A stretch of DNA of 64,000 nt, taken from the human T2T-CHM13v2.0 reference genome, Homo sapiens. Below are positions 30,225 through 44,699 of this stretch, piece after piece (position 1 is the first letter of the stretch; each line of letters starts with the position of its first letter). The translations under genes and the position numbers were made by a program. A model generated the notes under the pieces. That model saw only the letters and a list, made by a program, of their open reading frames with translations, was not told where the DNA came from and did no database searches. The stretch lies in the NCBI RefSeq assembly GCF_009914755.1, contig NC_060925.1; one strand, given 5' to 3'.

Positions 30225-30740
30225 ACAGCATCCCACACAGAAAGAGTAGCATGTACAAGATGAGGATACAAATGTGACAAGCACAAAGATTCCAATACAA
30301 GTAACTTATTTGGGAGGTGATCCTAGGAAGCACCCATTGGTGAGTAGAGAAGTGAGACAGGGAAGGAAAGAAAGCTAATAAAGAATACATTAACAAACTA
30401 GTTACAAAAGGGGCCAATGGGGTGTCGTCCCTCTGAGGACTGCTAGGAGAATGTGTAAAACAGGCCACAGAGTTTTACCAAGTGAGGATGGGAAAGCTGG
30501 GCTATTTATTCACCATTCCTGCCAGTAGCATTGGTTGAGGGCTGTCCTAGTAAGGATTAATTCTATGACACTTCCAGCCTCCTGCATATGCACATAGAGT
30601 GGGCTCCTACAGGCCAGAGAAAGACTCAAGCAAGGAGCTTCAGGTTCTGGCAGTTGCCAGTTGAACCAGTGTGTGCAGAAATATGGGCCAGGCACCAACA
30701 TAAAGGGAAATGTGAGTGGACACCGGTGGCATCTGCTACA
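30225..30740 (-). mobile_element. LTR33-like ERVL LTR
   Basis: ttatttgggaggtgatcctaggaagcac...gaagtgagacagggaagg matches reverse LTR33. Confidence 0.65.
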
Positions 30741-30989
30741 AATGCCTATTTCTATCAACACCTGGCTAATTCACTCTTCAAAACACAGGGCAAAATTGTC
30801 CACTCTGGCAAGTGTTGCATGTATCTGCACCAGGCCTGGGGAGCTACCCTACTTCTGTATACCTGGGGCAGTTTGTGCTTATGTCACTCCTACTAAAAGA
30901 TTGTAAGTGGTTGCACTGAGTCCAGGTTGGCCTGACTCCACATCCCAAGCTGAAACCCCTAAGCCAATATAAGTGAGCCCCTTAGCCCA

Positions 30990-31366
30990 CAGATGCATCA
31001 CTCTAATGTCTGCCTCCATCTTCACATTGCCCTATTCTCTGTGTTTCTTAGTGTCTCTCCTCCTCTTATAAGGACAGTAGTCATTGGATTTAGGCCCACA
31101 AGATCATTAACTTAATTAACATCTGCAAAGACTCTATTTCCAAATAATATCACCATTCTTTTTTTATTATTATTATTTTTGAGACGAAGTCTCGCTTTCT
31201 CACTCAGGCTGGAATGCAGTGGCACAGTCTTGGCCCACTGCAGGCTTTGCCTCCCGGTTTCAAGTGATTCTTCTGCCTCTGCCTCCCAACAAATAAGATC
31301 ACCATTCTGAAGTTCCAGATGGACATAAATTTTGGGACTCTCTTCAAACTACTACATGGACAAAAC
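30990..31366 (-). mobile_element. MLT1 fragment split by a truncated Alu right arm (31159-31289)
   Basis: MLT1 text cttataaggac...catctgcaaagactctatttccaaataa; 19-bp Alu TSD caaataa(t/g)atcaccattct at 31141 and 31290. Confidence 0.75.
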
Positions 31367-33176
31367 AGACCAATTAGACTAATATCATATTTTATCATTG
31401 AAGGGATAAAAATTCTACTGTGTGGCTCTTAAATTAGGCGAATATGAGACAAGGACTACTGATGTGCATTTTGGCCAAGATGAGGAAAAAGCTGGCCTAG
31501 AAAATGAAATGAAGTGAAGAGCAGATGAAGATATTAAGAAATAGACAATCAGCATAAGCTTATATCTATTAAGGAAACTGATCCAATAATTAATAATCTT
31601 CCATAACAGAAAACCCCAGACCCAGGTGGATTTAATGGTAAATTCTACCAAACATTTAAAGAAGAAATTATACTAATTCTCTACAATCTGTTTCAGAAGA
31701 TAGAAACAAAGGAATACTTCCTAACTCATTCTATAAGGCCAGCATTACCTTAATACCAAAACCAGACAAAGATATAAGAAAATAAAATATATCAGCAAAT
31801 ATCTTTCATGAACATAAATGCAAAATTCCTCAAAAAAATGCCACCATATTGAATACAACAATGTATAAAAGGATTCTTATAGCACGACCAAATGGGAATT
31901 ATTCTAGATATTCATAGGTCAACACTTAAAAATCAATTAATGTAATTTATCACATCAGCAGGCTAAAGAAGGAAAGTCACATGATCGTATTAATACATGC
32001 AGAAAAAGCGTTTGACAAAATCCTATGTCTAGTCATAAAAACAAAAACCTCTCAGTAAACTAGGAACAGAGGGAAACTTCCTAAACTTGGTAAAGAATCT
32101 CTACAAAAAGCCTACAGCTAACGTCATACTTAATGGTGAAAAACTAGATGCTTTCCCACTAAAATCAGGAACAAGACAAGGATGTCACCTCTCACCACTG
32201 CTTTGCAACCTTGTACTAGAAGTCAAAACTAATGCAATACAATGAGAACAAGAAATGTAAGGTATATGGATTGGGAAGGAAGAAATAAAACTGTCTTTGT
32301 TGTAGATGACATGTTCATCTAAAGACAGAATCCAAAAGAATTAACCAAAAAGAGAAAAAAACCCTCCTGAAACTAATAAGCAATTAAAGCAAGGTTGCAG
32401 GATACAAGATTAATATGCAAGTCAACTACTTTCCTACATGCCAGCAATAAACAAGTGAAGTCTGAAATTAAAAACACAATACCATTTACATTAGCATCAC
32501 TCAAAATGAAATACTTAGGTATAAATTTTTCTTTTTAAGTATAAGATCTATATGAGAAAAAGTGCACAATTTTAATGAAAGAAATCAAGAACTAAATAAG
32601 AGATATTCTGTTATTCATGGATGGGAAGACATAATATTGTCAGTCAGTTCTTCCCAACTTGACCTATAGAGTCAATGTAATTTCAATGAAACTCTCATCG
32701 AGTTATTTTGTGGATATTGCCAAACTAATTCTAAAAGCAAAGACGCCGGAGTAGCCAAGACAATATTAAAAGTGAACAAAATTAGAGAACTGACACTACC
32801 AGACTTCTAGACTTACTATGAAACTACAGTAATCAAGACAGTGCTGTACTGGCAAAAGAAGAGACAAATAGACCAAAGGAACAGAAAAGGGAGTCCGAGT
32901 CCAGAATTAGACCCATATAGATATAGTCAACTCATCTTTGACAAAGAAGCAAAGGTAATACAATGGAGAAAAGATAATCTTTTCAAAAAATGGTGCTGGA
33001 ACAACTAGATAGCCACATACCAAAAAACAAACAAACAGAAAAAAAAAAAAACGAATCTAGACACAGACCTTACACTCTTCACAAAAATTAACTAAAAATG
33101 GATTACGGATGTAAATGTAAAATGCAAAACCAAAAGACTCCATTTTGCATTGTAAAATGCAAAAGTATAAAAATAG

Positions 33177-33539
<363 letters not shown>

Positions 33540-34234
33540 CAATGACTTTTTAAGTGCAACACCAAAGGCATGATCTATGTAAAAAACAATTAATAAAATG
33601 GACTTTATTAAAATTAAAATTTTCTGCCCTGAAAAAGATACTGTCAGGAGAGTTAAAAGAAAAGTGACAGACTGGGGAAAGTATTTGCAAAAAAATACCT
33701 ATTTTTAAAATGTTATTCAAAATATGTGAATAACTCTTAAAACTCAACAACATAAACACACAAAAAAATCTGATTAAAAATGGGTCAAAGACCTTAACAA
33801 ATATCTCATCAAAGAAGAAATACAGATGATAAATAAGCATATAAAAAGATGCCCTACATCATATGTCACCAGGAAAATGCAAATTAAAACAACGAGATAC
33901 CACTACACACCTATTAGAATGGCCAAAAGGCAGCACACTGATAACATCAAATGCTGGTGAGGCTGTGAAGCCACTGGAATTCTCATTCATTGCTGGTAAG
34001 AATGTAAAAATGGTACAGCCACTTTGAAAGACCAGCTTCTTACCAAACTAAACATACTACTTTTTATCAATGATCCAGCACTTGCACTCCCTGATAGTTA
34101 CCCAAAGACATTGAAAACTTATGCCTGCACAAAAACCTACACACAGGTGTTTATAGCAGACTTAATGCCAAAACTTGGAAGCAATAAAGATGTCCTTCAG
34201 TAGGTGAGTGGATAAAAAAAGCGGCAGTACATCA

Positions 34235-34534
<300 letters not shown>

Positions 34535-34936
34535 CTATATAACATTCTGGAAAAGGCAAAATTATAGAGACAATAAAAAGATCAATTGTTGCCACAAGTT
34601 AGGGTAAAGTGAAGGATGAATAGGTAGAGCCCAGAGGAATTATTTTAGGGCTGGAAAACCACTCTGTGTGATACTGCAATGGTAGATACATGTGATACAT
34701 TTGTCCAAACCCATTAAATGTACACCACCAAGCTTGAGCCCTAATGTAAACTATGTACTCTACATGATAATAATATGTCATTTTATGTTTATCAATTGTA
34801 AAAAGTCTACCACTCTGGTGAAGGCTGTTGATAACGGGGGAGGCTGTGTGTGGAGGGGCAGGGGATATATGGGAAATCTCTGTACCTTTTGTGAAATTTT
34901 GCTGCGAACCTATAACAGCTCTAAAATATAGCTTAT

Positions 34937-35464
34937 TGTGACGGTTAATTTTATGGTTAATATGATGGTTGATTTGACTGGGCTAAGGGATGCCCAGATA
35001 GCTGGTAAAACATTATTTCTGGGTGTGCCTCTGGGGTGTGTCTGGAAGAGATTAGCATTTGAATTGGTAGACAGTAAAGAAATAATCCTCACCAGTGTGG
35101 GTGAGCCTTATTCAGTCTGTCCAGGGACCCAATAAAACAAGAAAGTGGAAGAAGGATGAATTCACTCTCCCTATTTCAGCTGTGACATGCATCTTCTCCT
35201 GCCCTCAGTCATTGGCACTCCTGCTTCTTGGGCCTTCAGACTTGGACTAGGATTTACACCCCTGGCTCTTCTGGTTCTCAGGCTTTCAGGCTTGAACTAA
35301 AACTCACCGTTGGTTTTCCTGGGCCTCCAACTTGCAGATGGCAGATGGTGGGACTTCTTAGCCTTCATAATCATGTGAGCCAATCCCTCAGAATAAATTT
35401 CTCTCTCTCTCACTCACTCACTATCCCTTTGGTTCTGTTTCTCTGAAGAACCCTAACTAATACA
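34937..35464 (+). mobile_element. MLT2B-like (HERV-L) solo LTR
   Basis: tgtgacggttaatttt...ggttctgtttctctgaagaaccctaactaataca. Confidence 0.87.
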
Positions 35465-36396
35465 TCTGTTTAAAAAATGTAAAGATATTAAGAAAGAAAG
35501 AGAGTCTTGACAACATTATTTGAACACTTGGATCCAGCCATGGCTAAAGCTAACACCTCCTCTTCACTTTCCAGTTACACTAATCAACATATGTTCTTTT
35601 TGTGTAAACTTACTTGAGTTGAATAGCTAACATTCATAGCTGAATAGTCCTTGCTAATATAGTCAGTTATTGCACATCTAGTTGCCTCCGCAATACATTT
35701 TCCTTTCCTCTTCTTATACATGACAAGCTCCTGTTTGTCCTCAGGTCTCAGCTTAAGCAGAACTTTCTCGAGCAGATCTTCCCTAAACTGATTCCTACTT
35801 CCACTCCAGCTTACGTCAGTTCTCCTTGCTGGATGTTCTCGTAACGCCCTGTATTTCCTCATAACACTCATCCCACACTATTGTAATTACTTGTTCCATT
35901 TATTCTCCCTGTTCCACCACCACTACCAAGCTGAACTGTTAAGATCTTCGAGGGCAGAAAAAAAATATTCTGTTCAGTGTTATATTCTCATTTCTATTGT
36001 GATGGAATGAAGTGGGTAGCCAGTGTCTGTTCATTCATAGATTTAAATCTTCATTTGATTTTGAAAATTATGGTAAAATACATTATGAGCAAGTGTAAGT
36101 GTTTTTGTATGGCTACTAGACAATTGTAGTAAGTTCTGATTAATTTTTAGCATAAAAGCTAGTAATTGCTTTTACTTAGGGAGTTCTAAATGAAACTGTA
36201 ATAATTTTTTTTAAAACTCCCCAGGCTGATCAAAGGGAATAATTTGAAGAAGGTAATTATGCACATGGAGGATGAAGATTATTGCTTTAACAGTATTTAG
36301 CAGTCTGATTAAAGAAAGAGAGAACCCAGTCTGCCAGTTCTTTGAGCATTTTCTGAAGATCTGGATTGAAGTCTAAAAGTTTCCTAATTCATGTGT

Positions 36397-38225
36397 AAAA
36401 ATCGCAAGCATTCCCAGACACCAAAATAGACAAATCATGAGTGAACTCCCATTCACAATTGCTACAAAGAGAATAAAATACCTAGGAATACAACTTACAA
36501 GGAATGTGAAGGACCTCTTCAATGAGGACTACAAACCACTGCTCAAGGAAATAGGAGAGAATGAAAACAAATAGAAAAACATTCCATGCTCATGGATAGG
36601 AAGAATCAATATTCTGTAAAATGGCCATACTGCCCAAAGTAATTTATAGATTCAATTCCATCTCCATCAAGCTACCACTGACTTTCTTCACAGAATTAGA
36701 AAAATCTACTTTAAATTTCATATGGAACCAAAAAAGAGCCCGCATAGCCAAGACAATCCTAAGCAAAAAGAACAAAGCTGGAGGCATCATACTACCCGAC
36801 TTCAAACTATGCTATAAGGCTACAGTAACCAAAACAGCATTGTACTGGTACCAAAACAGATATATAGACCAATGGAACAGAGCAGAGTCCTCAGAAATAA
36901 TGCCACACATCTGCAACCATCTGATCTTTGACAAACCTGACAAAAACAAGCAATGGGGAAAGGATTCCCTATTTAATAAATGGTGTTGGGAAAACTGGCT
37001 AGCCATATGTGGAAAACTGAAACTAGACCCCTTTCTTACACCTTATACAAAAATTAACTCAAGATGGATTAAAGACTTAAATGTAAGACCTAAAACCATA
37101 AAAACCCTAGAAGAAAACCTATGCAATACCATTCAGGACATAGGCATGGGCAAAGACTTCACTACTAAAACACCAAAAACAATGGCAACAAAAGCCAAAA
37201 TTGACAAATGGGATCTAATTAAACTAAAGAGCTTCTGCACAGCAAAATAAACTATCATCAGAGTGAACAGGCAACCGACAGAATGGGAGAAAAATTTTGC
37301 AATCTATCCATCTGTCAAAGGGCTAATATACAGAATCTACAAGGAACTTAAACAAATTTAAAAGAAAAAAAACAAACAACCCCATCAAAAAGTGGGCGAT
37401 ATGAACAGACACTTCTCAAAAGAAGACAATTATGTGGCCAACAGACATATGGAAAAAAGCTCATCATCACTGGTCATTAGATAAATGCAAATTCAAACCA
37501 CAATGAGATACCATCTCATGCCAGTTAGAATGGTGATCATTAAAAAGTAGGAAACAACAGATACTGGAGAGGATGTGGAGAAATAGGAACACTTTTACAC
37601 TGTTGATGGGATTGTAAATTAGTTCAACCATTGTGGAACACAGTGTGGAGATTCCTCAAGGAGCTAGAACCAGAAATACCATTTGACCCAGCAATCCCAT
37701 TACTGGGTATATACCTAAAGGATTATAAATCATTCTACTATGAAGACACATGCACATGTATGTTTATTGCAGCACTATTCACAATAGCAAAGACTTGAAA
37801 CCAACCCAAATGCCCATCAGTGATAGACTGGATAAAGAGAATGTGGCACATATACACCATGGAATACTATGCAGCCATAAAAAAGGATGAGTTCATGTCC
37901 TTTGCAGGGACATGGATGAAGCTGGAAACCATCATTCTCAGCAGACTAACACAGGAACAGAAAACCAAACATTGCATGTTCTCACTCATAAGTGGGAGTT
38001 GAACAATGAGAACACATGGACACAGGGAGGGGAACATCACACACTGGGGCCTGTCGAGGGGTGGGGGAATAGGGGAGGGATAGCATTAGGAGAAATACCT
38101 AATGTAGATGACGGGTTGATGGATGCAGCAAACCACCATGGCACGTGTATACCTATGTAACAAACCTGCACGTTCTGCATGTGTATCCCAGAACTTAAAG
38201 TATATAAAATAAAATAAAATAAAAA
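36397..38225 (+). mobile_element. L1PA (approx. PA7-8), 5'-truncated ~1.8 kb
   Basis: ORF 36621..37250 is ORF2p ([12 protein letters not shown]...) ending at a premature stop; 3' UTR ggagaaatacctaatgtagatgacgggttgatg; A-rich tail. Confidence 0.93.
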
Positions 38226-38462
38226 CCACACACACACACAAAGATTCCTTTTGTTTAATTTCCATATAAACAACACTACCCATATAGTACACTTGCTTAG
38301 CCAACTTAATCTGAAAATTTAGGGGAAAAACCAAGGAGGTGTTTATGTCACAGTTCCATATATATCATTCATTCATTTATTCATTCAGCAGACATAATCT
38401 TTAAAATAAATGGAATATTAGAATTCCTTTTTCTTAGTCAAGTCACAAACTAGGGGTCTGAT

Positions 38463-39041
38463 TGATACAGGAGTTAAGAAGAAATTACTTAGTCAGATAG
38501 CAAGGGCATGGGAGTCCTCGGTGAGGCTTTTCTTTTTAATGAAAAGCAGCCCCAAACCGTTTTCTAACAAAGAGCAAGCTGGGAACTTGCGTGGCTGAAT
38601 GCTGCCAGGAACTAAGGACTAGACATATTCAAGATGGCAGCTCCATCTTCCCTTCTCTGCCAGCCACGTGTACTATAAAGGAGGAGACAAGATCATGCTG
38701 GTTAACTGGAAATCTCCTTTGCATAAGAAGATTAGGGTGGGGCGAACAGCCTTCCCCGTGCACTATGTAAACGTCATACCTGATCGAACCAATCTATGAG
38801 CCCTATGTAAATCAGACACTGCCTCCTCAAACTGGACTATAAAACTTGGGGGATTCCCCACCAACTGGTCCTTTCCTCTCGGAGACCCCTTCCTCCAAAG
38901 AGGAAGCTGTTTCTCTTTCTCTTCTTTTTTACCTATTAAACCTTTGCTCCTAAATGCCTCCTGTGTGTCCATGTCCTAAATTTTTCTGGCATGCAACAAC
39001 GAACCCCAGGGGTATATATCCCAGATAATGTAGCCACTTCA
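38463..39041 (+). mobile_element. LTR9-like ERV1 solo LTR
   Basis: TGATACAGGAG...CACTTCA termini, TSD TGAT (38459-38462, 39042-39045), CCAAT and TATAAAA boxes, ATTAAA. Confidence 0.82.
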
Positions 39042-39045
39042 TGAT

Positions 39046-39451
39046 CTTATTTGAATAGTATCCTCCCCTAATTCATGTTCACCTGGAACTTGTATATGTG
39101 ATCCTATTGGAAATAGGGTCTTTGCAGACATAATCAAGTTAAGATCAGTTCATACTGGATTAGGATGGGCCCTCATTCAGCGAGTAGTGTCCTTATGAGA
39201 AGCCAAAAATTTGGACACAGAGATACACACAGAGGGAAGACAGCCATGTGAAGAAAGCAGAGATTGGAGTTATGCTGCCACAGTCCGAGGACTTCCCACA
39301 ACCCCAGAAGCTAGAGGATGCAAGGAAGGATTCTTCCCTAGAGCCTTGATTTCAAACTTCTAGCTTCCAGGACTGGAAGAAATTAATTTATGTTATTTTA
39401 AGCCTCCGAGTTTGTAGTAGTTTTCTATGGAAGCCCCAGGGTACTAATTCA
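39046..39451 (+). mobile_element. MLT1C-like MaLR LTR
   Basis: ggaaatagggtctttgcaga...cagaagctagagga...aaggattcttccctagagcc. Confidence 0.8.
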
Positions 39452-39556
39452 TGGTCCAATCTTCTGCCAAGTGACCCTTCCTTTCCCCTCACCACCCAGC
39501 CTCCATCCAATTCCAAAACATTTTCTCCCATGTCTTCTTTGTTGTTTCCTTTTAAA

Positions 39557-39897
39557 AGAGTTGGAGTTGAGTTTTGCCATGTTGCCTAGACTGGAATGTA
39601 GTATCTATTCATGCCATGTTGCCTAGGCTGGAATGTAGTGTCTACTCAAACACGCGATCCCTCTACTGATCAGCATGAGAGTTTTGATTTGCACCATTTC
39701 TGACCTGGGCCAGTTCACCCCTCCTTAGGCAACCTAGTGGTTCCCCGATCCCAGGAGGTCCCCAGATTGATGTCGAACTTGGTGTGGTCATCCAATCAAC
39801 ATAGCACACAGCAGCCCAGAACTCCTGGGCTCAAGCGACCCTCCTGCCTCAGCCTCCCCAGGAACTGGGACTCCAGGCTCCAACCACCAAGCCCAAG
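39557..39897 (-). pseudogene. 7SL (SRP RNA) pseudogene with intact S-domain
   Basis: Reverse strand matches the 7SL S-domain (GGTTGCCTAAGGAGGGGTGAAC.GGCCCAGGTC, TGCTGATCAGTAG.GGGATCGCG) between Alu-domain ends; many substitutions. Confidence 0.92.
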
Positions 39898-40367
39898 TTT
39901 TTATGCAAAGCAGTTAAGGATCTTTAGCCCCTCACCCAAGCAAAGGCCTTCCCTTTGCATATAGGAAGGCTCAGACTCTGCCTCACCGAATGAGAGGCAC
40001 CTAGAGAGAGCAGGTTTTCCTTTCCTCCACCCTAGCAGGGTTTTCAAAGGGTGAAGAGTGCAGTAAAATGGGAGTGTAGTAGAACAATTGATTTCTCCAC
40101 TGATTAAAATTATACCATTCCCTTGAAGTTTAAAAAAAGAAAGACAAAAAATAAAAGAGAAAATGAAAGCAGTTACAATCAATTTGGATTTAAAACAACA
40201 AATTTTGCACTTAAAATGTTTGTTCCCATTTTTTAAAAATGGAGTCTTTTTATAATTTTGTTACTTTTCCCCCCATCACGTAACAGTATATTGTGAGTAT
40301 TTTCCCATGTTAGAAAGTCCTCAAGGATTATACCGTAACGTATACAGATCCACAATCCCTTATCCAC

Positions 40368-40891
40368 TGTCGGGGACAAGGGAAGCTCCTTTTCACTCTC
40401 TGAAGGTTCCCTGAAAAATCAGCTTACAAAGCCTGATTAATTGGACAAAAGGCATACAAATGTATTTAACATATATACAATGAGAGCCTTCAGAAAGAAT
40501 TTGGGGCTTGGATCCTGGCAAAACAGCTATAAGAGGAGAAGTCAATGGGCTTGAAGAACATACAATGGTCTATTGGGCCCACAGAGTGAAAGATGATTTG
40601 TGACAAAAGTCTGTCCAGGTTTGTTGACAGACTTTGGTCTTCCTTCCTGTGATATGGGTTCAGTTAATGAAAACTTAAGGAAGGGACTGGAGGTAATTGT
40701 TTTCTTCTTTGGTAGGTCTGGACTTTAGGCAGATAAGGAAGCTTTGGAGAGCAACTTTATCCCATGCTTTGAGAGAGATGGAGGTGGGGGGCAGATCTGG
40801 AGAGAGAAGTCAGAAAGACCTTGAGGCTCCTTTTTCAGTTTAGCATGTACAAAGCACTGCATTTTGGGATATCGATTTCTGAGCCGCAACA
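40368..40891 (-). mobile_element. MER34/MER39-group ERV1 solo LTR inside a Tigger4/MER46-like element (~40344-41158)
   Basis: TG...CA termini, TSD CCAC (40364-40367, 40892-40895); reverse start tgttgcggctcagaaatcgatatcccaaaatg. Confidence 0.75.
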
Positions 40892-41884
40892 CCACAAATC
40901 CAAAAAGCTGAAAACCCAAGAGCTGTTTTAAAAGTTTGGCAGCAAAACTGACCTGAAGTGACCTAAGCCTGCTTATGGTCTATTTATACCACTTAGTGTG
41001 ACTGTTAATGTTTCATGGCAGAAATCTAAATATATTGATTAGAGATGCTGTCACAGACCCTGCTGAAGGGATTAAAATCATGCACCAAATTATCCTTCTA
41101 AAATCCGAACATTTCTGAATTCTGAAACACACTAGATCTCAAGGTGTTGTGAACCTATATAATCATCCCCCTGTAGTTAGATATTTATTTTCACCTTTTT
41201 ACTATTATAAAAAGTGCTGCATGCAACATGTTATACATGTGAATCTTGTTTGCATCACTATTCATGTCCTTAAGATAAATTCCTTGATATAGAAATAGAA
41301 AGTCAGAAAAACTAAACATGTTCTTGGTAGATATTGTCTACTTGTTTTCCAGAAAGGTTATACCAATTAACATACCCCTCACCAGCACTGAGAAACAACA
41401 GTTTTATTAATTTCACAAAGGAAAATTGTCATAGCATTGTGCTTTTAACTCATTTGGTTACCAGTGATGTTAGACATATTTTTAAAAAGAGGTTTATTAG
41501 TATTTCGAGTTCCTCTCCAGGAATTGTCTATTTATTACCTTTGTTCCTTTTCTACTGAAATTCATCTCATAAGCTTGCTTTGTGTATGTGCTGCACCAAG
41601 GCCAAGGGAGTGGGGGCCAAAATCAAGCCTGACTCTGATCACTAACTGTGTACCCTCCACTGAGGAGGGAGCACTTTTTCTTCTTTGAAAGGTGTCTCTC
41701 CACCTGGTGCACTTGCCAAGCCCTGCACTGTAAGGCTGAGTCCAACTAGATGGACTGTCTTTTTCTAATTTGTCTGCCCAGAGCAAACAGGATGCCCTTT
41801 CTAATTTGCACAAAAGTACCAAACTGAGATCTTAACTAGACGAATTGTGTTTCTAATTAATTTGAGTTTAAATTCTTTATATAA

Positions 41885-42174
41885 GCTGGGTGTGATGGTT
41901 CACACCTGTAAACCCAGCACTTTGGGAGGCTGAGGCAGGTGAATCACTTGAACAGAAGAGTTTGAGATCAGCCTGGGCAACATGGTGAAACCTGTCTCCA
42001 CAAAAAAATACAAATACCCAGGCATGGTGGCGCATGCCTGTAGTCCCAGCTACTGGGGTGGCTGAGGCAGGATAATCGCTTGAACCCAGGAGGCAGAGGC
42101 TGCAGTAAGGTGATCATGCCACTGCACTCCAGCCTGGGGGCAGAGTGAGACCTGGTTTCAAAAAACACAAAAAA
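41885..42174 (+). mobile_element. AluJ/S
   Basis: Full forward Alu; ttctttatata on both flanks. Confidence 0.9.
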
Positions 42175-43620
42175 TGTTCTTTATATAGTAAAGCTATCAT
42201 ATTAAAATTTCGAGTGTTATATTGTGCTGGCTGTGTTTTTCTTGCTTATTGCTTTGTATTTGTTTGACTCATAAGTTATCTAAACGTCTTCCATTTTGCT
42301 TTTTCTTAAGAAATATTTGTGGAGCTATAAGTAGCTTTGTTTTTCTTCCTTTTGCTTCTGAATATTATTTTAGGTGGTGAGACATGGGTAGAAATGTATG
42401 AAATCTAATCCTTGAACAGTTAATCCCAGCTGTCAAAGGGCCATACTTGGCCCTGTTTAAATTCCCAGACCAGAGATAGCCCTTCTGGAAGACATCTACA
42501 CCCATCTCATCTATCCATCCATTCAACCAGCACTAATTATTGAACACCCAGTATGCTCCAGGCACTGTGCGAGACATTGGGAATACAGAGGTGAATAACA
42601 GAAACCGGAATTCCTTCCTTTATGGAGCTTGCAATGGACACCACGTGTTCAAGTTTCATATAACCATAACAATAGCTAACATTTAGGAGTGCTCACTGTG
42701 TGCAGGCATCAGTTTAAGTGCTTTACCTGCATTAATGTATTTACTTCTCTCAGCAACCCTATGAGGAGGTGGGTATACTATTGTTCCCATTTTACAAGTG
42801 AGGAAAATGCACAGGGAGGTTAAGTAACTTGATCCAAGATCACAGACCAGCAAATAGCTTGGTTACTTGTAAAGCTGTACCTAGCAAGTTTTCATCACTT
42901 CTGTTTCCCATGTCACATTCACAGATTTGTCACTTTGTGACAATGTGTCACAAATTTGTTTACTCCAACCCTCTCTTTCTTCCTCTTGGTATAGGGCTTT
43001 GCTTCCACCAATGCTTCCACGCCCTGCGAAGAAACTGCTCTGCCACCCGTGACCTCTGACTTGGCCTTTATCCCCTGGTAGCAGTCTGGGCTTGTCTTTT
43101 AGTCTCCACCCCTGGTTTTAACCATTCTTGGTTTCGTTTGCCAACGCTTTCTCATCTTTCTGGTCCTGGTGTGCTGGAGTCTTTTAAAGCATGTTGCTAG
43201 TTTTCTTCCCTTCTCAGTCTATCACCTTTTGCTAGACAATTGAATTTCTAACCCTGGCTTTTAAGTACTACCTATAAACCAGTGCCTCCCAAATTCCCAT
43301 CTCCAGCCCATACAACACCAGACTGCTATAGTCAGCTTCTGGATGAAAGCCTGAACTCAACTATCCAAAACCATCCTCGTCATTTCCCTCACACCAAACA
43401 TGTTCCCATCCCTGTGTTCCCTTTCTCAGAAAATAGTGCCACCAACCAGTTATGAAAGCCAAAAGCTACAACCATTCTTAACACTTCCCTTGTCCTCACA
43501 ATCCCCATATAAAATCCATCCCCAAGTCCTGTTGATTTTATATCTGAAATATCCCTTCAGTACATCCACTCCTCCCCATCATTATCACTATTTTCTATTC
43601 CTGACCCTCATCCAAGCTGC

Positions 43621-43915
43621 TTTTTTTTTTTTTGAGATGGGGTTTCGCTCTTGTTGCCCAGGCTGGAGTGCAATGGCACGATCTCAGCTCACTGCAACCT
43701 CCTGCCTCCCAAGTTCAAGTGATTATCCTGCCTCAGCCTCCCAGGTAGCTGGGATTACAGGCATGTGCCACCACACCTGGCTAATTTTGTATTTTTAGTA
43801 GAGACGGGGTTTCTCCATGTTGGTCAGGCTGGTTTCGAACTCCCAACCTCAAGTAATCCACCTGCCCCAGCCTCCCAAAGTGCTGGGATTACAGGCGTGA
43901 GCCACTGCGCCTAGC
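43621..43915 (-). mobile_element. AluSp-like
   Basis: gggtttctccatgttggtcagg diagnostic; ccaagct on both flanks. Confidence 0.9.
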
Positions 43916-44699
43916 ATTCCCAAGCTACCTTTACCTTTCACCTGAAATACTCCTATTACTGGTCTTTTATGGTTTCCTTGCCTCTATTCTTGTTCCTTTT
44001 CAGTCTATTCTCCACACTCCAGCCAGAGTGATCTTTCCAGAACATGAATCTGCTTATGTCACCCCTGCTTTAAAACAAATAGTTTTTTCAAGGATTTCTC
44101 TATGCTGTTGACAGGGGAGGGGGTGAAGTTATGTCAATAGGAAAGTAGAGGACCCTTATTTCTTCACACAAAGGCACCTACCAGGCCATTTGCCAAATTT
44201 GGCACTGCAGGGTTAAGTCCAACTAGATAGGAAGCATTTTTCTACCTTGTCTGCACAAGGGGTGTGCCCTTTGTGTCATTTGCACAAAGGTCAGAATACT
44301 TAGTAGGCTTGAAAGGCCTTCCATAGTCTGTTCCCAGCCCACTTCCTCAGTCACAGGCAGCACCAGTCTTCTTGCTACCCACAATCCACCCATTCTTGTC
44401 TACTCTCAGGTCCTCAGATAATCCACACTTCCTGCTGCTTCAGGACCTTTGCACATGCTGTTCTTCCTTACTGAAATGCTTCTCTTCATGCATAAATAAC
44501 ATCTGCTCATGCCTTACATCTCAAATCAAGCATCAATTCCTTAAGGGTCCGACTTCCCCCAAGACTAGGTCAGAACATTCATATTTGCTTTTTTTTCTTT
44601 AGAGCACGTATCTCATTTTTAAATTGCACCTTAGTTACATGATTGTGTTGTTAATGACTCTCTATGCTGTAGTCTTTATGTTCATTAAAGGCAGAGACT

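Noticed and set aside
36621-37250. 209-aa ORF (and 247-aa ORF at 56556..57299) as possible genes
   Set aside because: Fragments of L1 ORF2p in 5'-truncated, promoterless elements
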